Assembly (NCBI GenBank): GCA_026936335.1
Contig: JAPMXV010000012.1
Coordinates: 1-64,000, forward strand
Direction: 5' to 3'
DNA length: 64,000 nt
Source of the DNA: Mantamonas sphyraenae STR306
Lineage: Eukaryota; Protista; CRuMs
Shown: positions 58,452 through 64,000 of the stretch, in pieces
Numbering within the stretch: position 1 is the first letter of the stretch
Layout of the letters: every line of letters starts with the position of its first letter
Position numbers and translations under genes: made by a program
The notes under the pieces: generated by a model
The model's database searches: none
What the model saw: the letters and a program-made list of their open reading frames with translations, nothing else
What the model was told of the DNA's origin: nothing

Positions 58452-59289
58452 CCGCTTTGTTGCCTCCCAAGGGTTGGTTCTCTCTCTCTCTCCGCACATG
58501 ACGCACCGTTCATCTGCTCACCTAAACACACACACACACACACACACACACAGGATTTGTCAACGCGGTGGAGGTGCTGAATGGCACGTCGGAGGAGGTG
58601 CTTGCGGTGATGGTAAGTTTCAAGCCCGAAACGAAAGAGGAGCTCGACGGCGAATACGATGCTATGAGCAATGGGGGTGATGCGCCAGACCTCTGACTCC
58701 ATGGGAACCTGTTGCTACATTCGCCTGTGCGCTGTGTTGTTGGTGGGGGGCGACGTGTGGGTGATGGCACACACAGGCGAGCGAGACGCTCGATTTCCTG
58801 GCGTGCAAGAGGGCCGCTTGCTCTGCGGCTCGGTACACGGAAATGGAAACAAGCCAGGGTGGCATGGCGTCGGAAGAGGATATGCAGAGCGGCATCAACG
58901 CAATGACGTTTGTATACAGGCATGCGCTGCGACAAAAGATGGACGGGGAGACGTTTGCAGGCCTGCTGAAGAGGGAAACGCGATTCAACAGCGGCGCGTG
59001 CACGGTGCTGCATGCGCAGTGGGAGGCCAAGGGCCAGGATCTGTCATCGTCGACATTGTTGGCGAATGCACTCTCTGTGGGCAAGTTTGTGTCCATGGAG
59101 TGGAAGCTGGGGGTGTCGTTTTCCTCGTCCACCTGCGACAAACTCAACAGCGCCTTTGTCGTGCTGCTCATTGCTGTCCAGAACACCGACGGACAGGTGT
59201 GCAACCACAGCGTCGAACTGACCATTCCCGAGTTTCAAAAGTTTACCAGCGACTTTGTGGACATGGCTGGCGTTCTTGGCACGCTTTGA
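58448..59289 (+). CDS. COMMD6: COMM-domain protein, COMMD6-like long form, 2 introns
   Basis: LSVGKFVSMEWKLGVSFSSSTCDKLNSAFV..ELTIPEFQKF; upstream exons MTALLPPK/GFVNAVEVLN splice in frame. Confidence 0.82.
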
Positions 59290-59313
59290 GGCGGCCACCC
59301 CCCCTACCCCTTC

Positions 59314-61533
59314 CTACATTTTCTCGCCTCCAGGCAACACAATCTCAATCTCATCCTCCTCCTCCTCTTCATCTTCGCCCTCTTCTTCGTCTTGCTGCGC
59401 ACGCCTGTGGTCGTCGTCGTCGTCGTCGTCGTCGTACACGCGTAACCTGCGGTGCACCTTGCGTGCGTACTTGACAGGGTCGACCATGCGTCCTGTGGAG
59501 AGGTACTCTGCCACGAGATGTGTGTGCACCTGGGCGGCGGTGTCCCAGTCACTGCTGTCCAAGTGAGCACGTACGTCGTTCATCCACTGCACCACTCGCG
59601 GGTACGGTTGCCACTGCGTTTCATCCCACGACAGATACTCGAGCATATGCAAATGGTGCACAATGCTCACATCTGCAAGTGTGGCCGTGTGTTCGGGTCC
59701 CAAGAGGCCGCCTGTGTCGTTCTGACTCAGATGCACTTCGAGCGTCTGCAGCGCTGCCACCAGTCGCGCGTGCCCTTGTTGCAACTGCATGTGCTGCACC
59801 ACACTGTCCTGCGGCGCATACACCTGCGGATCGATCTGTGCCCACACGTACGGTCGCAACGCAGCGTCGTCCAGATGCACCCTGCGCCAGTCCAGCCATT
59901 GGTGCACCAGGCAGCGCTTTTGGATGTCCATTGGCAGCATGGCGTCGTTTGATGGGCTGAATTTGATGCACAGGTAGCGCAGAATCGAGTCGTGGTGCTC
60001 CACACCAAACACAGAGTGCATCAGCAGCGGAACCGACGCGTGTGGATGCACACGTCGCAACAGCGCCGTGTCATCTGTATCACTGTTGTGTTGAGTGTCC
60101 CTGCTACTGCTGCTGCTGCTGCTGCTGCTGCCGTGATCTTCCACTGCCACCGCTTCTGCCTCCGTTCCGCCGTCCTCGTCGCCGATCCCGTTCCCGACAG
60201 TGGATGCCTGTGGTTGCGGTGCCATCAACTTCATGCGTGTTCGATAGTCTGCATGCACACTGGCAACGACGTATTGTACAGCAAACGTTTCGAGAAGCAG
60301 CACAATGTCGCGATGGGCCACCGAGGCCGGGTTACTGTACAATGCGACGCCCTCCAGGGCGCTCTGGCGCTCCTTGTGTCCATCCATGACAGAAGCTTCG
60401 TTTTCGTATGTTTTCGCAGCGGCGATGGCTTTGGCCAGCGGATCGCCACGGCCCGAATACTCGAGCAGGTCGCTGACCTCTTGCAGCGCCGTTCGCCAGT
60501 TGACATTGCCCACAGCACGTCGCACGTCCCCCAACCAACGTGCCACGACTGCATGACGACCCTCGCCGTCCAGCTGATTTTCGCTGGAGGCAAAGCTGAG
60601 CATGTACAGGGAAGCCGCGAGGAGCAGATCACACACCGCCGCCTTGCTTCCACCCAGAAACTTGTTGTCCATCAGGTGGGCTTCCAAGAAAGCCAATGCG
60701 TCGTGCAGCTCCATGTGTGCGCGTGCTGCGTCCCATTGTGCCAAGGCGTCGTCGTCTGCAGGCAATCCCGTGGGCCACTCGACGTGAGCGAGGAGCTGGG
60801 GCCAGATTAGGGGCGCCAGCACGCGTGCCTGCAGATCCTGTGTCCATTCCATCCATTGTTCGACCACACTCTGGTCTTCGTTCTTGCGAGGGTACCATTG
60901 TTCGGGCACGCCACGCAGCTGAGTGGCGAGGAAGCGAAGCTGCGCCCCGACATCGTCCAGTGTCAGGGTACCCAACACCATGCACGGCACATGGCCACTG
61001 CCACTGCGCTTGACAAACTTGTCGTGCTTTGTGTCGCCGTTGAGGATGCTCAGGCGTCGCCAGTGCACCGTTTCGTCCATGTCGGCTGCCAAAAGCAGCA
61101 GCCGCAGCGCCACACAGCTCGGATGCACAGGATCCACAAACAGAGTGGTCTTCCCATACTCCTTTCGTTGCTTGCCAGCCTCTTCCAGCACCTCATCCAG
61201 GGCACTCACGACCGACGCCGCGTCCTCGTTGTCGCCGCCGCCTCCGCCGCTGCCACTCTCCACCCACAACTTGTTGTCGTCCGGAGACGCATCCAGGGGC
61301 ATGTCGAACCGCCCTTCATCCAGTGTTTGCACCACACGCTTCACGTAGCGCAGAGGCATGCCACGCACGAGCGAGACGCCGGCGTCGTTCTTGCCCGAAG
61401 TTTGCGCTTGAAGTTGTTCCTCGGTCAACAACTGCTCCCCCTGCCCTTCTCCTTCCCCTTCCTCCCCGTCCTCCGTCGCATACTTTGCCCCTTTGCCCTT
61501 GGCCGATGAGTCGCCGCTCATGCAAGCGCCCAT
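59314..61533 (-). CDS. Tandem double GST-fold (theta-like) protein with an N-terminal MGAC acylation motif
   Basis: GHVPCM..LRFLA..WYP..VEQWMEW..FLGGSKAAVCDL, and a second copy SVPLL..ILRYL..VHQWLDW..TLADV..YPRVVQWM. Confidence 0.8.
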   Translation of the reverse strand: MGACMSGDSSAKGKGAKYATEDGEEGEGEGQGEQLLTEEQLQAQTSGKNDAGVSLVRGMPLRYVKRVVQTLDEGRFDMPLDASPDDNKLWVESGSGGGGGDNEDAASVVSALDEVLEEAGKQRKEYGKTTLFVDPVHPSCVALRLLLLAADMDETVHWRRLSILNGDTKHDKFVKRSGSGHVPCMVLGTLTLDDVGAQLRFLATQLRGVPEQWYPRKNEDQSVVEQWMEWTQDLQARVLAPLIWPQLLAHVEWPTGLPADDDALAQWDAARAHMELHDALAFLEAHLMDNKFLGGSKAAVCDLLLAASLYMLSFASSENQLDGEGRHAVVARWLGDVRRAVGNVNWRTALQEVSDLLEYSGRGDPLAKAIAAAKTYENEASVMDGHKERQSALEGVALYSNPASVAHRDIVLLLETFAVQYVVASVHADYRTRMKLMAPQPQASTVGNGIGDEDGGTEAEAVAVEDHGSSSSSSSSSRDTQHNSDTDDTALLRRVHPHASVPLLMHSVFGVEHHDSILRYLCIKFSPSNDAMLPMDIQKRCLVHQWLDWRRVHLDDAALRPYVWAQIDPQVYAPQDSVVQHMQLQQGHARLVAALQTLEVHLSQNDTGGLLGPEHTATLADVSIVHHLHMLEYLSWDETQWQPYPRVVQWMNDVRAHLDSSDWDTAAQVHTHLVAEYLSTGRMVDPVKYARKVHRRLRVYDDDDDDDDHRRAQQDEEEGEDEEEEEDEIEIVLPGGEKM

Positions 61534-61556
61534 GGTGAACCAAGGCTTTCCGGAAA

Positions 61557-63010
61557 ATGGTTGGTTGAGGGCGAGTGTCGTCGTGCCTCCACCTGCCCTG
61601 CTCACACACCGCCCACGTGCACACGCTCGCCTGCACCACAGAATGTCATCGAGGCAGTGAAGGAGTATGTCAACAAGATGGTGGAGAAGAAGGGGATGAA
61701 GATGCTGCTGCTGGACAAGGACACGGTGCGTTTTTGTTTGCGGGGGTGGCAATTGCCAAAGGTTGAACACAGCTCCGCTCACACACACACACACACCCTG
61801 CCCTGCTTCCTCCCGTGCCTCACTCTGCCCCCTCCCCGTTCCCCCAAACTTGTGACAGACGGGAGTGGTGTCGCTGGCGTTCACGCAGACGCAGGTGCAG
61901 CAGAAGGAGGTGTTTCTCATCGACCGCCTGGACAATGGCGAGCGCGACGAGTTGATGCACCTCAGCTGCGTGGTCTTTGTGCGCCCCACACAGGTCAACA
62001 TCAACCTCCTGCGCGAGGAGCTGGCCACCCCACGCTACGGGGAGTACCGTCTGTGTAAGTTTGTGCCTCGCTCTGTGTGTGCTCGCAGCGCGTCGTCGCG
62101 TGTGAAGATTTCGCCGTGAGAACGAGGGAGGGTTTTTCCACTTGCGTGGCCTCTGGACATCGGCACAGCTCATTAATCTATTGTTGGATGGCGCTCACAC
62201 ATGCGCATGTACTTGGGCCACAGTCTTTTCCAATGTGGTAACCGACGACCTGCTTCAGGACATTGCGGAGGCTGATGAAAAGGAGAGCGTCACCGAGGTC
62301 CAGGTGAGTTTGCGGCCCTGGCACACGCTTATCTGACGTTGCGTGGATACACACGCACACGCACACACACGCACACGCACACACGCACGCAAAGGCACAC
62401 ACGGTGCAACGGTGGGGCACACCTCACACGCACGCTGACGCACACCTCACATTGCGACACACCACGCAGGAGTTCTATGCCGACTTTTACCCTGTGAACC
62501 CAGAGCTGTTTTCGCTCAATGTGCGCTCTGTGCTGCCGCTGTACGAGTCGACACGCAACAACCCCACCTTTGAGCGTATTGTGGAGGGGCTCGCGGCTGC
62601 CCTGTTGGCTCTGAAGAAGAAGCCGCAGGTGCGCTACCAGGGCAACTCGCCCCTGTGCGAGACGTTGGCGCTGGCTGTCAATCACTTTGTGGAGAAGCAG
62701 AATGGCTTGGATGGCCTCTTTCACTTTGGCAGCAAGAGTGACGTCCAGCCGCAGCTGATCATCCTCGATCGACGCGACGACCCCGTGACCCCGCTGCTCA
62801 CTCAATGGACCTACCAGGCCATGATCCACGAGTTTCTTGGTCTCGTCAACAACCGCGTGGACATGCGTCAGGTCCCGGGCATCAGCAAGGACATGCGCGA
62901 GATTGTGTTCTCCCTCGACTTTGATCCCTTTTATGTGGACAACATGCACAACGTAGGTGGCACCCCTTTCATCGGTTCATCGGTGAAGCAGGCACAGAGA
63001 CGGGGAGAGA

Positions 63011-63046
<36 letters not shown>

Positions 63047-64000
63047 GCTGACAAAGGAGAACACACACACACACACACAGAACTTTGGCGATCTCGGAGA
63101 CAACCTGAAGCAACTGACGGACGAGTTTCAGCTCAAGTCCAACAGCAACAAGAACATCAGCACCATCGAGGACATGAAACAGTTTGTGGAAGACTATCCG
63201 GAGTTTCGCAAACTGTCGGGCAACGTGAGCAAGCACCTGATGCTCGTGGGTGAACTCATGCGCATCAACGACTTGCGCTCGATCTTTGACGTGAGCGAGC
63301 TGGAGCAGGCGCTGGCATGCAACGACGACCATGGAGCCATCAAGAACGACCTGCAAGAGATCCTGAGCAGGGACGAGAACTTGGCCAACTATGACCGGCT
63401 GCGTTTGCTGCTGCTGTATGCCCTGAAGTACGAGGGCCACTCGTCCAACATGGTCATGACGCTGATTGACATTGCACAGAGTAAGGGCATGGACGAGGAC
63501 GTGGTATCCATCCTCAAGGGACTGCTGCAGTACGCCGGCAAGGACGTGCGCGGCGTCGACCTGTTTAGCAACAAGAACATCTTTGCCAAGGGCAAGAAGT
63601 TCCTGTCCTCGGGTCTCAAGGGTGTGTCCAACATTTACACGCAGCACAAGCCCTATCTCAGCACAGTGCTGGAGAACCTGCTCAAGGGCAAGCTGACGAC
63701 ACAGGACTACCCGTTTGTCGGCCGCAAGGGCCGTGGCAACAGCAAAGAGGTGCCTCGCGACGTCATTGTGTTTTATCTTGGCGGCTGCACCTACGAGGAG
63801 GCCACCATGGTGTACAGATTTAACGAGGAAAACCCGGGCATCAACGTTGTCCTTGGCGGCTCCTTCATTCACAACAGCGCCACCTTTATCGACGAGATCA
63901 AGACCATGGTTGGCGAGTCGGGCGGGTTCGGAGGCTATGCCACTTCGTCGTCTTCCTCCTCCTCCTCCTCCTCGGGTGCAGGCGTTGGCAAGGGCAAGTC
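61557..64000 (+). CDS. VPS45: VPS45 Sec1/Munc18-family protein, multi-exon, runs off the window end; first coding exon is the ATG alone
   Basis: M|NVIEAVKEYVNKM..GMKMLLLDKDT, KEVFLIDRL, VFVRPT, QEFYADF, LDRRDDPVTPLLTQWTYQAMIHE, NIYTQH, GGCTYEE. Confidence 0.96.

Noticed and set aside
1-64000. Transposable elements, tRNA or rRNA genes
   Set aside because: No transposase, reverse transcriptase or integrase motifs, terminal repeats or recognisable structural RNA genes seen by eye; small RNAs cannot be excluded without a covariance search.

Overview
Chromosome end of a compact, GC-rich eukaryotic genome. It starts with a (CCCTAA)n telomere and has GT-AG introns rich in CA microsatellites. IFT57 and a CSTPP1 homolog point to a flagellated protist; the lineage cannot be determined from this window. 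About 28 tightly packed protein-coding genes follow, many of them housekeeping (HADH/Hbd, thiolase, RPLP1, IFT57, importin-alpha, SPT6, PBDC1, WDR3, COMMD6, VPS45). The most unusual locus is 15.1-22.6 kb. It holds two tandem paralogous secreted precursor genes (signal peptide, acidic pro-region, conserved basic domain, acidic spacer, GFRSWVS amphipathic helix plus Gly-zipper, then an extremely Arg-rich repeat tail). They are flanked by a signal-peptide-bearing single-domain ClpB-type AAA+ ATPase and a CBF-beta-like protein. Other oddities are a SAM domain inserted into the S1 domain of SPT6, a bacterial-type VOC gene near the telomere, a MENTAL-START-START protein, a structured stop-free RPLP1 intron, and an ATGA stop/start overlap. 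Gene models were spliced by eye, and family assignments come from remembered motifs, not from searches.
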